From: Acidobacteriota bacterium
Lineage (GTDB): Bacteria; Acidobacteriota; UBA6911; JACQSX01
NCBI GenBank assembly: GCA_036507075.1
Contig: DASXQR010000073.1
Location: forward strand, 13,073 to 77,072
DNA: 64,000 nucleotides
Direction: 5' to 3'
Below, in pieces: positions 12,377 through 23,825 of the stretch (position 1 is the stretch's first letter; the number at the start of each line of letters is the position of its first letter). The position numbers and the translations under genes are program-made. The notes beneath the pieces are model-generated. The model was not told where the DNA came from, made no database searches, and saw nothing but the letters and a program-made list of their open reading frames with translations.

Positions 12377-12718
12377 TCAGTCCTCTTTCTTAATTTGATC
12401 CAGGATCTCCTCGACCCGTTCTTTATATTCCCGGGATTGATCCAAATAGAACACCAGGTCAGGAATTCTCTTTACATTCACCTGCACAGCCAGTTCCCGC
12501 CGCAGATAGCCGCGCGCGTGATCCAGCGCGCGCAACGCCCGCTGCTTGGCAGCCGCGTCACCGCTGACATCCACGTAGATCTTGGCCAGCTTCAAATCGG
12601 CGGACATCTTCACTTTGGTCACACTAGCCGTCTCTACACGCGGATCATCCAGACCGTAGGGGATGAGCTCGGTTACTGCATGCTGTATCTCTTCTGCTAA
12701 ACGCGCGTCCCGGCGCAT
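12377..12718 (-). CDS. rbfA: Ribosome-binding factor A
   Basis: DPRV..VTKVKMSADLKLAKIY, ARGYLRREL, IPDLVFYLD; operon position. Confidence 0.93.
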   Translation of the reverse strand: MRRDARLAEEIQHAVTELIPYGLDDPRVETASVTKVKMSADLKLAKIYVDVSGDAAAKQRALRALDHARGYLRRELAVQVNVKRIPDLVFYLDQSREYKERVEEILDQIKKED

Positions 12719-12892
12719 GTTCGAATGTTCGAGTTACGAGTTACGAGTTAACGGGTTTCGAGTTCACTAATTTGCGAAATAACAAAATCAGAAGTTTCGG
12801 CACCGCCAGACGTCCGCGCGCGAAACCCGCAACCCGAAACCCGTACCAGTCCCGGCAATTTTCAATTTTTGAATTCGCAACTCGTAACTCGA
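12719..12892. repeat. Inverted CGAGTTA/CGGGTT 7-mer element
   Basis: gagttacgagttacgagtta ... aaacccgcaacccgaaacccg ... caactcgtaactcg. Confidence 0.8.
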
Positions 12893-12899
12893 TATCCGA

Positions 12900-13187
12900 T
12901 TAAAACTCAATGTATTCGATCTGACATTGCGTCAGGCCCTCCCCCAGAATCGCCTCGCTTTCGCGCACGAAGGCTTCAGTGACGCTTTCAAGCGACTTCC
13001 GATCGGCTGAGATGCTCACCGCTCCCACCATTGCCCGCTGCCAGAGTTCCTGATGGTCAATCTCGCTGATAGAGAAATTGAATTTCGACCTGAGGCGATC
13101 CTTCAGCTTCCGCAGGACCATCCTCTTGTCCTTCAGCGACTGGGAATAAGGGAGGTGAATCTCCAGGGTGCAGAAAGCGATCGGCAT
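12900..13187 (-). CDS. DUF503 (YlxP-like) protein
   Basis: SQSLKDKRMVL..LRSKFNFSISEIDHQELWQRA; typical position between infB and rbfA. Confidence 0.88.
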   Translation of the reverse strand: MPIAFCTLEIHLPYSQSLKDKRMVLRKLKDRLRSKFNFSISEIDHQELWQRAMVGAVSISADRKSLESVTEAFVRESEAILGEGLTQCQIEYIEF

Positions 13188-13195
13188 TCCGTCTG

Positions 13196-13323
13196 AAAAA
13201 CCAACCGCGAAGGCGCAAACCGCGAAAGGAATCGACTGCTCCGGTCTGGCTAAATGCCGTCGGGCCCGCCTACACCGAAGTCATCCGTTTACCTTCACAA
13301 TCTTTGCGCTTTCGCGGTGAAAT
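13196..13323. repeat. Inverted element AACCGCGAAGGCGCAAA...TTTGCGCTTTCGCGGT
   Basis: Imperfect inverted repeat with the same RCCRC head as other 8/9-mer elements. Confidence 0.7.
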
Positions 13324-13337
13324 ATGTCGGAACTTTC

Positions 13338-16142
13338 TCACATCAATTTGGGCAGCACCTTTTCCTTCGTGTAAGCCTCGATGATATCGCCCACTTTCAG
13401 ATCGTTAAAGTTCTCCAGTGAAAAACCGCACTCGTACCCGGTTTTTACCTCGCCCACATCTTCCTTGAACCGGCGCAATGATCGAATCTTGCCTTCATAG
13501 GTCACGACGTTATCACGCAGCAGGCGAACTTCGGCGTTGCGATTGATCTGTCCGTCGGTGACATAGCCGCCGGCAACCGTCCCCACTTTTGGAACACGGA
13601 AAATATTCCGCACTTCGGCGCGTCCCAGGAACTTCTCCTTATAGGTGTGCTCCAGGAGCCCGAGCATGGCGCTTTTAATCTCGTTGGCCACATCGTAGAT
13701 CACCGTGTAGGGGCGAATATCAACGCCTTCATGTTCGGCCAGATCAGCGGCTCCCTTCTCAGGACGCACGTTGAAGCCCACGATAATGGCATTGCTGGCA
13801 GAAGCGAGCAGCACATCGGTCTCGGTAATTGCGCCGACGCCACTATGCATTACGCGCACCTTTACTTTTTCCGTGCTTAGTTTCTGCAGAGATTCCATCA
13901 GCACTTCCGCCGATCCCTGCACATCGGCCTTGATCACAATGGGAAGCTCTTTAACCGCGCCGGTTTTCAAGTGTTCGAAAAGATGATCCAACGTCATGCG
14001 CGAAGTCTTTTGCAGATCGCGCTCTCGCAGGCGCGACTGCCTGAGGACTCCGATCTGCTTGGCCCGGACCGTATCGTCGAGCACCTGGAACGGGTCGCCG
14101 GCTCCCGGAATTCCCTGCAATCCGAGGATTTCCACGGCGCTGGCCGGCCCGGCTTCCTCGACCGGATGCCCCAGGTCGTTAAACATGGCACGCACTTTCC
14201 CGTAGACCGGCCCCACGATGAATGAATCACCCACATGCACGGTACCGTTCTGAACCAGCACTGTGGCAACCGAGCCTCGTCCTTTGTCCAGCTTCGCTTC
14301 CAGCACTGTACCCGTTCCGGCCCGCTTCGGATTCGCCTTCAGATCAAGAATGTCGGCCACCAGGAGAATCATTTCCAGCAGCAGGTCCAGGTTGGTTTTC
14401 TGGAGCGCTGAAACCGGCACGGTAACCGTTTCACCGCCCCAGTCTTCTGCCAGCAGGTTATGTTCGGAAAGCTGCTGCTTGACACGGTCGACGTTGGCTC
14501 CCGGCTTGTCTATCTTATTGATCGCCACGATGATGGGCACCTGTGCGGCGCGGGCATGATTGATCGCCTCGATGGTCTGAGGCATGACACCGTCATCGGC
14601 AGCCACAACCAGCACTACGATGTCGGTTACTTTGGCTCCACGGGCCCGCATCAGTGTGAAAGCTTCGTGACCCGGAGTGTCCAGGAACACGATGCGGCGG
14701 CTGTGGATGTCCACGTGATAGGCGCCGATATGCTGCGTGATTCCACCTGCCTCTTTTTGAGCCACCTTGGCTTCACGAATCGCGTCAAGCAGCGAAGTCT
14801 TACCGTGATCTACGTGACCCATCACGGTAACCACGGGCGCGCGCGCCACGCGGTCCTCAGCCCGATCGGTCTGCTGCTCCTGCTCGGAGACCTCTTCCTC
14901 AAAGCTGACGATGTGCGCCTTGAAACCGAACATCTCGCAGATTTCGTTGACAGTCTTTTCGTCCAATGTCTGGTTGATGGCGGCCAGCACCCCCTTGGAA
15001 AGCAGCTCACGCAGGATGTCTTTGCTCTTGACTGCAAGCTTTTCGGAGAGCTCTTTTATTGTCACAGCCTCCGACAGCGTCACCGGCTTGAATTCGGTAA
15101 ATACCGGGCGCTCCGGGCGCGGCACGGGCGGTACGGGAACACGCGGCGCTGGAGGCGCTTCGGGTCTCCTTTCGCGGCGATGCTGCGGCCGCGGCGTGTA
15201 TGGCCGGGGTGGCAGGGCCGTGGGGCCGGGGGCAATTCTTTCGATCTTGCGGGTCAGATCCGCACCGACGGGCTGGGCAGCGGATTTTTTCAGAATAGTG
15301 GCAGGCTTTAACACGCCGCGCCGGAGATCGGTTCCGGGCTGGTGACCTGCCGGCCCGGCGGCGGCCAAGGGCGCGCCCGGCTTCTGAGGAGGCTGGGCTG
15401 GAGCGTGAATCATCGGCTTTGCCGCTTTTGGCTCTTCGATCCTGGGAGTGCCCGTTCCGGTTGCGGGGCTGGAACCAGCCGCTGCCTTGTCACCGCCTTC
15501 GGCGCCATGACTTATGGCTTCCGACGCCGGCTGTGAAAGCGTTTCCACAATGTCCACCAATTCATCATTGGTAAAGTGTTTCTTGCCCTTGCGAGGCTTC
15601 AGCGCTGCAGGAATCTCCTCTACCTTGGGTTTGACGGCAACCGTCGCCTTGGAAGCGGCGGGTTTGGCGACGGCTTTTGCAGGGGCGGTTTTGGCCGGGA
15701 CAGCTCTTGCGGCAGCCGCCTTTGCAGGCGGGGCCTTGGGCACGGGCGCCTTCGCCGGGGGCGCCTTTTCAACGACAATCGGCGCCTCGGCCGGCGCTTC
15801 TTCGACCTCTACCTCGCCGGGTACCGTTTCCTCCGCGGCCTTCTGCCCCAGTTGCTTGATGCTTTTTCGCGCGCGCGGCTTAGCCGGAGCCGCCTCTTTT
15901 TTTGCCGCCTTCGCTTTGGCGGCTTTCTCTTTTTCGCGCTCGGCTTTCTGGACCTCTTCTGCCGCCTGGTCAGCGAGAAGCTGCAGGCGCTTGCGCACGC
16001 GCTCGGCAATTCCCTGGTCCAGCGGAGTGCCCGCGGAAATCACCATCACGCCTATTTTCTTTAACTCAATCATCACCTGGGAACTCTTCAGATTGAATTC
16101 CTGGGCGATATCGTTGACGCTGACTTTTTCCATAAAAACCAT
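13338..16142 (-). CDS. infB: Translation initiation factor IF-2
   Basis: [37 protein letters not shown]; Ala/Pro/Lys-rich N-terminal linker. Confidence 0.98.
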   Translation of the reverse strand: MVFMEKVSVNDIAQEFNLKSSQVMIELKKIGVMVISAGTPLDQGIAERVRKRLQLLADQAAEEVQKAEREKEKAAKAKAAKKEAAPAKPRARKSIKQLGQKAAEETVPGEVEVEEAPAEAPIVVEKAPPAKAPVPKAPPAKAAAARAVPAKTAPAKAVAKPAASKATVAVKPKVEEIPAALKPRKGKKHFTNDELVDIVETLSQPASEAISHGAEGGDKAAAGSSPATGTGTPRIEEPKAAKPMIHAPAQPPQKPGAPLAAAGPAGHQPGTDLRRGVLKPATILKKSAAQPVGADLTRKIERIAPGPTALPPRPYTPRPQHRRERRPEAPPAPRVPVPPVPRPERPVFTEFKPVTLSEAVTIKELSEKLAVKSKDILRELLSKGVLAAINQTLDEKTVNEICEMFGFKAHIVSFEEEVSEQEQQTDRAEDRVARAPVVTVMGHVDHGKTSLLDAIREAKVAQKEAGGITQHIGAYHVDIHSRRIVFLDTPGHEAFTLMRARGAKVTDIVVLVVAADDGVMPQTIEAINHARAAQVPIIVAINKIDKPGANVDRVKQQLSEHNLLAEDWGGETVTVPVSALQKTNLDLLLEMILLVADILDLKANPKRAGTGTVLEAKLDKGRGSVATVLVQNGTVHVGDSFIVGPVYGKVRAMFNDLGHPVEEAGPASAVEILGLQGIPGAGDPFQVLDDTVRAKQIGVLRQSRLRERDLQKTSRMTLDHLFEHLKTGAVKELPIVIKADVQGSAEVLMESLQKLSTEKVKVRVMHSGVGAITETDVLLASASNAIIVGFNVRPEKGAADLAEHEGVDIRPYTVIYDVANEIKSAMLGLLEHTYKEKFLGRAEVRNIFRVPKVGTVAGGYVTDGQINRNAEVRLLRDNVVTYEGKIRSLRRFKEDVGEVKTGYECGFSLENFNDLKVGDIIEAYTKEKVLPKLM

Positions 16143-17647
16143 TACTCTCCACTATCCTCTCTTGAGGAGGCTGGTTCACTCTCAGCCGCTTTGGAAACTT
16201 CCACTTCATCTTCTCCAGATTGCCTGCCGGCAGGAACTTTATCCTCATCGCGTTCGGCTGCCTCTTCTTCGGGACCGACTTCCTCTTCCCCGGCCTGCGG
16301 TTCGGCTGCGATTTCGACTTCGGCAGGTTGTTCTTCTTCGGTCTCCTGTTCTGCTTCAGCCTGCGCTTTCTCAAGCCGCCGCTGTTCTGCGTCCTCCAGG
16401 TACTGGCGGGCGGCGGTGATCGCCTTTTCGGCTGTTTTCTCGCCGATCCCGGGAATCTCGCGCAGCTCATCTGGCCCGGCGTTGAGCAGGTCCTGGACGG
16501 TGGCAATGCCGGCCTCGTTCAGCTTCTCAACGGTTTTTTCTCCCAATCCAAGCTCCGAGATACTGGCAAGCGCGACGGCCATCCGCTCCATCTCATCCAT
16601 GACCTCGCGCTTCTTTTCCTCTTCACTTTTGATTTCGATCTGCCAGCCGAGAAGCTTGGAAGCAAGGCGCACGTTCTGGCCCTTTTTTCCGATTGCCAGG
16701 GATAGTTGATCCTCCTGCACCACGACTTCGAGAATCTTCTGGTCCGCATCGGCAATCAGGACTTTGGAAATCTTCGCCGGGCTAAGAGCATTCACGGCGT
16801 ATTCAACCAGGTCGTCAGAGAATTCTATAATGTCAATCTTTTCACCACGCAATTCGCGAATCACGGAATTAATCCGCGATCCCTTCATTCCCACGCATGC
16901 CCCCACCGGGTCGACATCCGAGTCGCGTGAAAACACAGCCACTTTTGCCCGTTCTCCGGCTTCACGCACGGCATTCCGAATCGTGACCGTGCCGTCATAA
17001 ATTTCAGGAATTTCCATTTCAAACAGGCGCATCAGCAGCGCCGGATCGGTTCTCGACATGATCACCTGTGGTCCTTTGCTGGCCTTGCTGACTCGCGCAA
17101 TCACGGCGCGGATCCGGTCTCCCTGCTTGTAGATCTCAGATCTGGACTGTTCGTGGTAAGGCAGCACGGCTTCCGTCTTCCCGATGTCGATGATGACGTC
17201 GCTTCCTTCCACACGCCGCACGATGCCGTTGACCAGCTCGCCCACCCGGTCGCTGTATTCCGCGTACACATTCTCGCGTTCCGCTTCGCGTACTTTCTGG
17301 AAGATCACCTGCTTTGCGGTCTGGGCCGCGATGCGCCCCAGCACGTCGGTAGGCTTGGGGATTTCCACGGTGTCGTCGATTTCGAGGCTGTCGTCAATCT
17401 CTTTAGCTTCCTGCAGTGAGATTTCCCGGCTGTCGTTGGTAACTTCCTGAACCACGCGCTTCACCGCGAACACCTCGATCATGCCCGTATCGACATCGTA
17501 GCGGGACTGCAGATCTTCGTTAGTCTTGAAGTACTTTTTTGCCGCCGCAACCATCGCATCTTCGAGCGCTCCGATGATTACTTTCGAATCGATGTTCTTT
17601 TCCTTGCTGATCTGGTCGATCATCTGATGCAACAAACTTGCGGCCAT
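16142..17647 (-). CDS. nusA: Transcription elongation factor NusA with HhH region and acidic tail
   Basis: [52 protein letters not shown]. Confidence 0.97.
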   Translation of the reverse strand: MAASLLHQMIDQISKEKNIDSKVIIGALEDAMVAAAKKYFKTNEDLQSRYDVDTGMIEVFAVKRVVQEVTNDSREISLQEAKEIDDSLEIDDTVEIPKPTDVLGRIAAQTAKQVIFQKVREAERENVYAEYSDRVGELVNGIVRRVEGSDVIIDIGKTEAVLPYHEQSRSEIYKQGDRIRAVIARVSKASKGPQVIMSRTDPALLMRLFEMEIPEIYDGTVTIRNAVREAGERAKVAVFSRDSDVDPVGACVGMKGSRINSVIRELRGEKIDIIEFSDDLVEYAVNALSPAKISKVLIADADQKILEVVVQEDQLSLAIGKKGQNVRLASKLLGWQIEIKSEEEKKREVMDEMERMAVALASISELGLGEKTVEKLNEAGIATVQDLLNAGPDELREIPGIGEKTAEKAITAARQYLEDAEQRRLEKAQAEAEQETEEEQPAEVEIAAEPQAGEEEVGPEEEAAERDEDKVPAGRQSGEDEVEVSKAAESEPASSREDSGE

Positions 17648-17649
17648 GG

Positions 17650-18120
17650 CTATCCTTCGTCTTTAAACTCGTAAATCAAATTTGCCTTCTGGATATTCTC
17701 CAAATCAATTTCTACCGGGGCCATTTTCCCATCTTCCAGCAGGGCCATTTTCCGCCGCTCAAAACGCTGCATCGTCCCCTTGAAATTCCGCTGTCCGCCG
17801 ATCGCCTCTCGCGTTTTCAGGCGGACACGCTTCCCCAGAAATCGGACAAAATCGCGCTCTTTCACGAGGGGACGATCCAGACCTGGAGAAGAAACTTCCA
17901 GCGTGTACCGATGCGGAATAATATCTTCCACATCGAGCAGCACGCTCAATTTTTCGCTTATGTACTGACAATCATCCAGCGTTACACCGCCGGGCTTGTC
18001 GATGTAAATCCGCAGAACGGGCTGCCCCCCCGTGGTAAGGAATTCGTGATGCACGGGCTCATAACCTTCTTCCTCAACCGCCCTGTTGATCAGGTCGCCA
18101 AGACGGTCTGGGGCGCCCAT
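17650..18120 (-). CDS. rimP: Ribosome maturation factor RimP
   Basis: LRIYIDKPGGVTLDDC, YTLEVSSPGLDRPL; start set at ATG 18120, preceded by GGAGGA. Confidence 0.95.
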   Translation of the reverse strand: MGAPDRLGDLINRAVEEEGYEPVHHEFLTTGGQPVLRIYIDKPGGVTLDDCQYISEKLSVLLDVEDIIPHRYTLEVSSPGLDRPLVKERDFVRFLGKRVRLKTREAIGGQRNFKGTMQRFERRKMALLEDGKMAPVEIDLENIQKANLIYEFKDEG

Positions 18121-18141
18121 GCCAAATTCCTCCACCAAAAT

Positions 18142-18168
18142 AAAAAAGTGGGCATTGCGGCCCACTCT
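18142..18168 (-). terminator. rimP leader hairpin / intrinsic attenuator
   Basis: Minus strand AGAGTGGGC-CGCAAT-GCCCACT-TTTTT just upstream of the rimP RBS; matches the conserved rimP leader terminator pattern. Confidence 0.8.
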
Positions 18169-18194
18169 AGTAACTAGAGCGAATTGAGCACTTT

Positions 18195-18224
18195 AGTATA
18201 CATAATTCCCAAAGTTCTTGGCAA
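18195..18224 (-). promoter_or_regulatory. Putative sigma70 promoter of the rimP operon
   Basis: Minus strand TTGCCA-N18-TATACT upstream of the leader hairpin. Confidence 0.55.
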
Positions 18225-18273
18225 ATGATATTCAGGCCCTTTCAGCGCCCCCGGGAACCCACTATCATAAGAA

Positions 18274-19611
18274 TTGTTCGTGCCCGGGAGGCAGATGCGC
18301 CACAGCCAGCAATCTCGTGAAAAGCCGGCAGACAAGACCGCCGTCGCCGTCGTGGAGCGCGCGTATGTCTCCTTTACACCCGAGCCGGTGTTCAAGCAGA
18401 AGCTCGCCAACGGCCTTAAAGTCCTGATCAAAGAAGACCACAGCAATCCTATTGTCACCACCATGATCTGGTATCGGGTGGGCGCCCGCAATGAGAGGCC
18501 CGGAATCACCGGCGTCTCACATTTTCTCGAACACATGATGTTCAAGGGGACCGACCAATACCGCAGGGGGATGATTGATTTCATCACCATGGTCAATGGG
18601 GGTTCCAACAACGCTTTCACGTCGAACGATTACACCGCGTATTACTTTAGCTTCGCTTCCGACCGTTGGATCCATGCGCTCGATATCGAAGCCAACCGGA
18701 TGCGGCACAATGACTTCGTGCTGGAGGAATTCCAGCTTGAAAAACATGTGGTCATCGAAGAGCTCAAGATGGACTTGGATTCGCCCTGGGGGGTTTTGCG
18801 AAGGGCCGTCGAAGCCAAGGCGTTTCGAGCACACCCGTACCGGTTCCCCGTTATCGGGCGCCTGGAAGACCTGCGCCGGCTGAACCTGCATCAGATGCGC
18901 AGCTTTTATGACGCCTATTACCGCCCGAACAACGCCACACTGGTAGTGGTGGGGGATGTGGATTCGCATGACGCCCTGGCGCAGATCCGGCAGAGATTTG
19001 AAAAGATCGAGCCGGCCGCGATTCCCCGACCGCGAATACCTGACGAACCTCCGCAGGAGCAGCAGCGGCGGGTGCTGATTCACATGCCGACCAATGTGAC
19101 GCGCATGATGGTGGCATTTCGCAGCCCCGCTGTAACGTCGCCGGATATTTACGTCATTCCTTTGATCGACAAGATCCTGTCGGAAGGCAAGCTGTCCCGC
19201 CTCTATCAGCGACTGGTCGAGCAGGAGCAATTGACCACTTTCATCAGCGCCGAATTCAGCGAGTCGATCGATCCTCACCTGTTTTATATTCGGGGCGAAC
19301 TCAACGCCGGCGTGGATCCCCGGCTGGTCGAACATGTTCTGTTCCAGGAACTGGCGTGCCTGCAGCGTGAACCGGTTTCGGTTGACGAGCTGCAGAGGGC
19401 GCGCAACCAGCTTTCCGCGCAATATCTGTCCGGCTTTGAGACGACCATGGACCAGGCGATTCAGTATGGAATTTTTGAAACTATCGCGAGCCACCACATA
19501 CTCGAGCAATATATGGCGCGCATTCAGCAGGTGACGGCGGCCGACATTCAGCGGGCTGCTCAGAAATACTTCCAGAAGCGAAAAAGCACCGTCGGATTTG
19601 TTGTCGCATGA
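18274..19611 (+). CDS. M16 (pitrilysin) zinc peptidase, catalytic subunit
   Basis: HFLEHMMFKGT inverted zinc motif, NAFTS, YYRPNNA; start uncertain. Confidence 0.92.
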   Translation: MFVPGRQMRHSQQSREKPADKTAVAVVERAYVSFTPEPVFKQKLANGLKVLIKEDHSNPIVTTMIWYRVGARNERPGITGVSHFLEHMMFKGTDQYRRGMIDFITMVNGGSNNAFTSNDYTAYYFSFASDRWIHALDIEANRMRHNDFVLEEFQLEKHVVIEELKMDLDSPWGVLRRAVEAKAFRAHPYRFPVIGRLEDLRRLNLHQMRSFYDAYYRPNNATLVVVGDVDSHDALAQIRQRFEKIEPAAIPRPRIPDEPPQEQQRRVLIHMPTNVTRMMVAFRSPAVTSPDIYVIPLIDKILSEGKLSRLYQRLVEQEQLTTFISAEFSESIDPHLFYIRGELNAGVDPRLVEHVLFQELACLQREPVSVDELQRARNQLSAQYLSGFETTMDQAIQYGIFETIASHHILEQYMARIQQVTAADIQRAAQKYFQKRKSTVGFVVA

Positions 19612-20867
19612 AGAGCCCTGCAATTCCTGTTCTGCGGCAGGCGCTTCCAAACGGCGTTGTGCTGCTGATTTCTCCGAACGCCAAGATCCCGATGGTTCAC
19701 GTCAACGTCGTGGTGCGCTGCGGCACGGCGGACAATTCCCCGCACCGCAGCGGCCTGGCTTCACTGATGGCCCGCATGCTCGACGAAGGAACCTCCCGCT
19801 ACACGCATCAGCAGATCGCCGAGATTATTGAAAATCTGGGAGGATCCCTGGGCACCTTCAGCAGCCGTGAACTGAGCGGCGTTTCGGTGATGGTGTTGAG
19901 CAAGGACGTCCTTCAGGGTATCGAGCTTGCTCACGCCGTGGCCACCGATCCTTCCTTCCCGGAAGAGCGCCTCAAGGTCGAAAGGGATAAAGTTCTGAAC
20001 CAGATCCGGAGTACGGCCGACAATCCTCAGATTGTGGCCAGCAACGAGTTCAACCGCATCGTGTACCAGCGCCATCCCGTGGGGGAGCCGATTCTGGGAG
20101 AGCTGGAAACAATAAGCGAAGTGACGGCTTCCGAGCTCAGGGATTTCCACACGCAGATGTTTGCTCCCGATTACACCATCGTCGCTGTAGTGGGAGACGT
20201 CCATGTGGAGACCTGCAACGAGTGGCTGGCCGAAAAATTCAGCGCATGGCGGAATCCACACCGGCGGCAAGCCAGCTACCCGGCGCTGGAAAAGTTGGCG
20301 TGCAAGGTGAGCCGGGAAATCCCGCTGCCCAAGGAGCAGATCAATATCTATCTCGGACACCTGGGAATCACACGCAGCGACCCCGACTACTACGCGCTGC
20401 AGGTGATGGATGTTGTGCTGGGCGGCGGACCCGGATTCACTTCGCGCATTCCGGCCAAACTGCGCGACCAGCAGGGCCTCGCTTACTCCACTTACAGTGA
20501 CATCAGCGGCACCGCCGGCATTTTCCCGGGACGATTTGCGGCATTTATCAGCACCTCTCCGCAGAATCGCGATCTGGCCATCGAAGGACTTTTGCGCGAG
20601 ATCAAAACGCTGATAGACGAGGGCATCACCGACCAGGAACTATCCGACGCCCAGTCCTACCTGACCGGCAGTTTTGTTTTCGATTTTCAATCCAACGGTC
20701 ACGTTGCCAGATTTCTGCTTTCTGCCGAGATCTTCGGCCTGGGTTTCGATTATCTGGATCGCTATCCGGCCATTATCGGCGAAATCTCGAAAGGCGACGT
20801 CAACCGCGTCGCCCGCGACCATCTGGACGCGGAGAACTACGCCGTGGTGGTCGCCGGGCCCGTCTAA
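19608..20867 (+). CDS. M16 peptidase non-catalytic partner subunit
   Basis: M16 fold with HXXEH replaced by RMLDE; GGGPGFTSRI..LRDQQGLAYS; ATGA overlap with the preceding gene. Confidence 0.88.
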   Translation: MKSPAIPVLRQALPNGVVLLISPNAKIPMVHVNVVVRCGTADNSPHRSGLASLMARMLDEGTSRYTHQQIAEIIENLGGSLGTFSSRELSGVSVMVLSKDVLQGIELAHAVATDPSFPEERLKVERDKVLNQIRSTADNPQIVASNEFNRIVYQRHPVGEPILGELETISEVTASELRDFHTQMFAPDYTIVAVVGDVHVETCNEWLAEKFSAWRNPHRRQASYPALEKLACKVSREIPLPKEQINIYLGHLGITRSDPDYYALQVMDVVLGGGPGFTSRIPAKLRDQQGLAYSTYSDISGTAGIFPGRFAAFISTSPQNRDLAIEGLLREIKTLIDEGITDQELSDAQSYLTGSFVFDFQSNGHVARFLLSAEIFGLGFDYLDRYPAIIGEISKGDVNRVARDHLDAENYAVVVAGPV

Positions 20868-20897
20868 GGTTTGATCATCTATCCGACATTTCCTGAA

Positions 20898-20986
20898 AAT
20901 GCGGATTGCGGAATGCGGAATGTGGAATAATGTGGGTTTTGCGCGAAGCTTGTAGTTGCTATTCCGCATTCCACATTCCGCATTCC
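20898..20986. repeat. Inverted GCGGAAT 7-mer element
   Basis: Right arm ATTCCGCATTCCACATTCCGCATTC is identical to the 12348 copy. Confidence 0.9.
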
Positions 20987-21029
20987 TCAATTCCAAGTAG
21001 AATAAGCAACCTTACAACGAAAACTTCCG

Positions 21030-22451
21030 GTGGAAAACTTCTTCGAACAGAAATTCGGCCTGACCGAGGCGCTCTACCAGCAGCTTCTAGGCCGGGCCCT
21101 GTCAGGCGGCGGAGATTTCGCGGAGATATTCCTACAGTACCGGATCGCCGAGCAGATCCATCTGGAGGAAGGCCGGATCAAGGACCCGACCCGGGTGATT
21201 TCCAAAGGCGCGGGCCTGCGCGTCAACGCCGGCGAGAAGACCGGTTACGCCTACTCGGAAGACCTGACGCCCGAGGAGCTGGCGTCCGCCGCGGAAACGT
21301 CTTCCTGCATCGCCAGCTCTGCGCGCGATTTCAAAATTTCACTGGGCGCGCCTGCCACGCCGGACCGAGACCTGTACTCGCCCGAAACGCCGCTGATAGA
21401 GCTGGTCCTTTCCGAAAAGTTGGATCTGCTGCGGCGCGCCGACGCGGCGGCCAGAAGCTACGACAGGCGCATCAAAGAAGTCCGCGTTTCTCTGCTGAAT
21501 GAAATCTCCTGGATTACCGTAATCAACTCTTCCGGTGTCTTTGTTTCGGATCGAAGACCGTTAACGCGATTCAATGTTTTTGCGGTGGCGGAAGATGGAA
21601 AATCGCGCCAGATGGCGCAAAAAGGGGGCGGTGGGAGAATCGGAAAGGAATTTTTCCGGCAGAACACCCCGGAATTCTTTGCTTCCGAGGCGGCTCGAAT
21701 TGCAGTCGTGACTCTGGACGCCGATCCGGCGCCCGCCGGTGAGATGGATGTTGTTCTCGGCCCCGGATGGCCGGGGATTCTGTTGCACGAAGCGGTCGGC
21801 CACGGGCTGGAAGCCGACTTCAATCGCAAAAAGAGCTCCGCCTTCGCCGGAATGCTGGGGCAGCGAGTGGCCTCCGATGAATGCACCGTGATCGATGATG
21901 GAACCATTCCACGGCTTCGAGGGTCTTTGAACATCGATGACGAAGGCACCCGCAGCGAGCGCACCGTGCTCATCGAGCGCGGGATACTGAAGGCTTTCAT
22001 GCAGGATCGGCTGAGCGCCCGGTTGACGGGAGCGCCACTGACCGGCAATGGGCGGAGGGAAAGCTACCGGCATATCCCGCTGCCCCGCATGACCAATACT
22101 CATATGCTGGCCGGCCAACACGCTCCAGATGAGATCCTAAGAACAGTTCAGCAGGGCCTGTATGCTCCCGGATTTGGCGGCGGGCAGGTGGACATTACCA
22201 GCGGCAAGTTCGTTTTCACCACCAGCGAGGCTTACTTAATCGAAGGCGGCAGGATTACGCGTCCGGTCCGGGGAGCCACGCTCATTGGAAATGGCCCGGA
22301 TGCCTTAAAGCGCATGGTCGCCGTGGGAAGCGATCTGCAGTTCGATGAGGGCGTCGGCACGTGCGGAAAGGAGGGGCAGTTTGTGCCCGTAGGGGTCGGC
22401 ATGCCCACCGTGAAACTGGCGCGCATGACTGTAGGGGGAACAAGCGTGTGA
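21030..22451 (+). CDS. tldD: Metalloprotease TldD
   Basis: GPGWPGILLHEAVGHGLEADFNRK, GNGRRESY, PRMTNT, GTCGKEGQ. Confidence 0.95.
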   Translation: MENFFEQKFGLTEALYQQLLGRALSGGGDFAEIFLQYRIAEQIHLEEGRIKDPTRVISKGAGLRVNAGEKTGYAYSEDLTPEELASAAETSSCIASSARDFKISLGAPATPDRDLYSPETPLIELVLSEKLDLLRRADAAARSYDRRIKEVRVSLLNEISWITVINSSGVFVSDRRPLTRFNVFAVAEDGKSRQMAQKGGGGRIGKEFFRQNTPEFFASEAARIAVVTLDADPAPAGEMDVVLGPGWPGILLHEAVGHGLEADFNRKKSSAFAGMLGQRVASDECTVIDDGTIPRLRGSLNIDDEGTRSERTVLIERGILKAFMQDRLSARLTGAPLTGNGRRESYRHIPLPRMTNTHMLAGQHAPDEILRTVQQGLYAPGFGGGQVDITSGKFVFTTSEAYLIEGGRITRPVRGATLIGNGPDALKRMVAVGSDLQFDEGVGTCGKEGQFVPVGVGMPTVKLARMTVGGTSV

Positions 22452-23809
22452 AAATCCCAAGATGCGAGCAGCTTCTCGAGATCGCGGAGGAAGCGGTGCG
22501 CCAGGCGTTGCGTTATGGATCCGACCAGGCCGATGTCTTTCTTTCCAACGAAAAAGAAGTCCATGTCCTCACCCGGAATCGCGAACTCGAGATCTTGAAG
22601 CAGGCTGGAAGCAGCGCCCTGGGATTGCGCGTCATCGTGGATCACCGCAGCGCCCTTGTCTCCACTTCCGACCTGTCGCTGCCCGCAGTCGAGCAACTGG
22701 CGCAGCAGGCCATCGAAGTAGCGCGCCAGACTTCCGAAGATCCGCATATTTCGCTGCCCGAGAAGGATTGTTATCGCGATCTTCCTTTTGTCGAACGCTG
22801 GCTGGACACGGAAGGATTGAGAGTCAACACCGAACGGAGAGTCTCAATGGCGCGGGAGGCGGAACAGGCGGCGTTCGACTTTGATCCCCGAATCCAGATC
22901 AGCGAGGCGGGCACTTTTAGCAGCAGCGAGAACATTTTTTGCTACGCGAACTCCCACGGTTACTCCGGCGTTTTTCCTTTCAGCCAGTTTTCGATGTCCG
23001 CAAATCCAATCGCAGTCGAAGACGGACAGATGCAGCGCGACTTCTGGTACACTGCCGCGCCCGCCTTGTCGGGCCTGCGCAGTCCGGCGGAGGTGGGTAC
23101 AATCGCGGCGCGCCGCGCGGTGCGACGGCTGGGGGCGCGAAAGACAGCCACCTGTGAAGTACCGGTGGTTTTTGATCCCTACACCGCCCAGTCCCTGGTA
23201 CAGGAGATTTGCAATGCTCTCAATGGGGCGGCAATTTATCGCAGAGCCTCTTTTCTCAGGGATCGCCTCGGAGAACCGGTCGCCTCCAGGGAAGTGACGA
23301 TTATCGATGATCCCACCTTGCCGCGCGGGCTCGGATCGCGGCCCTTTGACGGTGAAGGCCTGCTGACGTCTCCCTTGACCCTGATTCGCGAAGGAAGGCT
23401 GACAAGCTTTTTACTGGATTCTTATTCGGCGCGAAAACTGGGGCTGCCGGCCACGGCCTGCGCGGTACGCAGCAGTGCTTCGACACCTTCACCGGGCCCT
23501 TCCAATTTTTATCTGAAACCCGGGCGCCTCACGCCCGAAGATCTGGTCTCGGGCGTGCAGCGGGGTTTGTATGTCACCGAATTGATCGGATTCGGCGTAA
23601 ATCTTGTAAATGGAGACTACAGCCGGGGAGCCGTCGGGCTTTGGATCGAGAACGGAGAGTTGACGTATCCGGTTCATGAAGTCACTATTGCCGGAAATTT
23701 GAGCACAATGCTCCACCACATTGAGGCAGTCGCCAACGATATCGAATTTTTGGGTCCAATCGCTTCGCCTTCGTTTAAGATTTCCACTATGACGATCAGT
23801 GGAACATAA
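22448..23809 (+). CDS. pmbA: TldE/PmbA family protein
   Basis: SRPFDGEG, GVNLVNGDYSRGA.G, PVHEVTIAGNL; start set at GTG 22448 overlapping the tldD stop. Confidence 0.92.
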   Translation: MKIPRCEQLLEIAEEAVRQALRYGSDQADVFLSNEKEVHVLTRNRELEILKQAGSSALGLRVIVDHRSALVSTSDLSLPAVEQLAQQAIEVARQTSEDPHISLPEKDCYRDLPFVERWLDTEGLRVNTERRVSMAREAEQAAFDFDPRIQISEAGTFSSSENIFCYANSHGYSGVFPFSQFSMSANPIAVEDGQMQRDFWYTAAPALSGLRSPAEVGTIAARRAVRRLGARKTATCEVPVVFDPYTAQSLVQEICNALNGAAIYRRASFLRDRLGEPVASREVTIIDDPTLPRGLGSRPFDGEGLLTSPLTLIREGRLTSFLLDSYSARKLGLPATACAVRSSASTPSPGPSNFYLKPGRLTPEDLVSGVQRGLYVTELIGFGVNLVNGDYSRGAVGLWIENGELTYPVHEVTIAGNLSTMLHHIEAVANDIEFLGPIASPSFKISTMTISGT

Positions 23810-23825
23810 AGCCTGAGTCGCAGCC

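Noticed and set aside
15640..15790. AKA/P repeats in the IF-2 N-terminus and the acidic NusA tail
   Set aside because: Common low-complexity linkers in these proteins.
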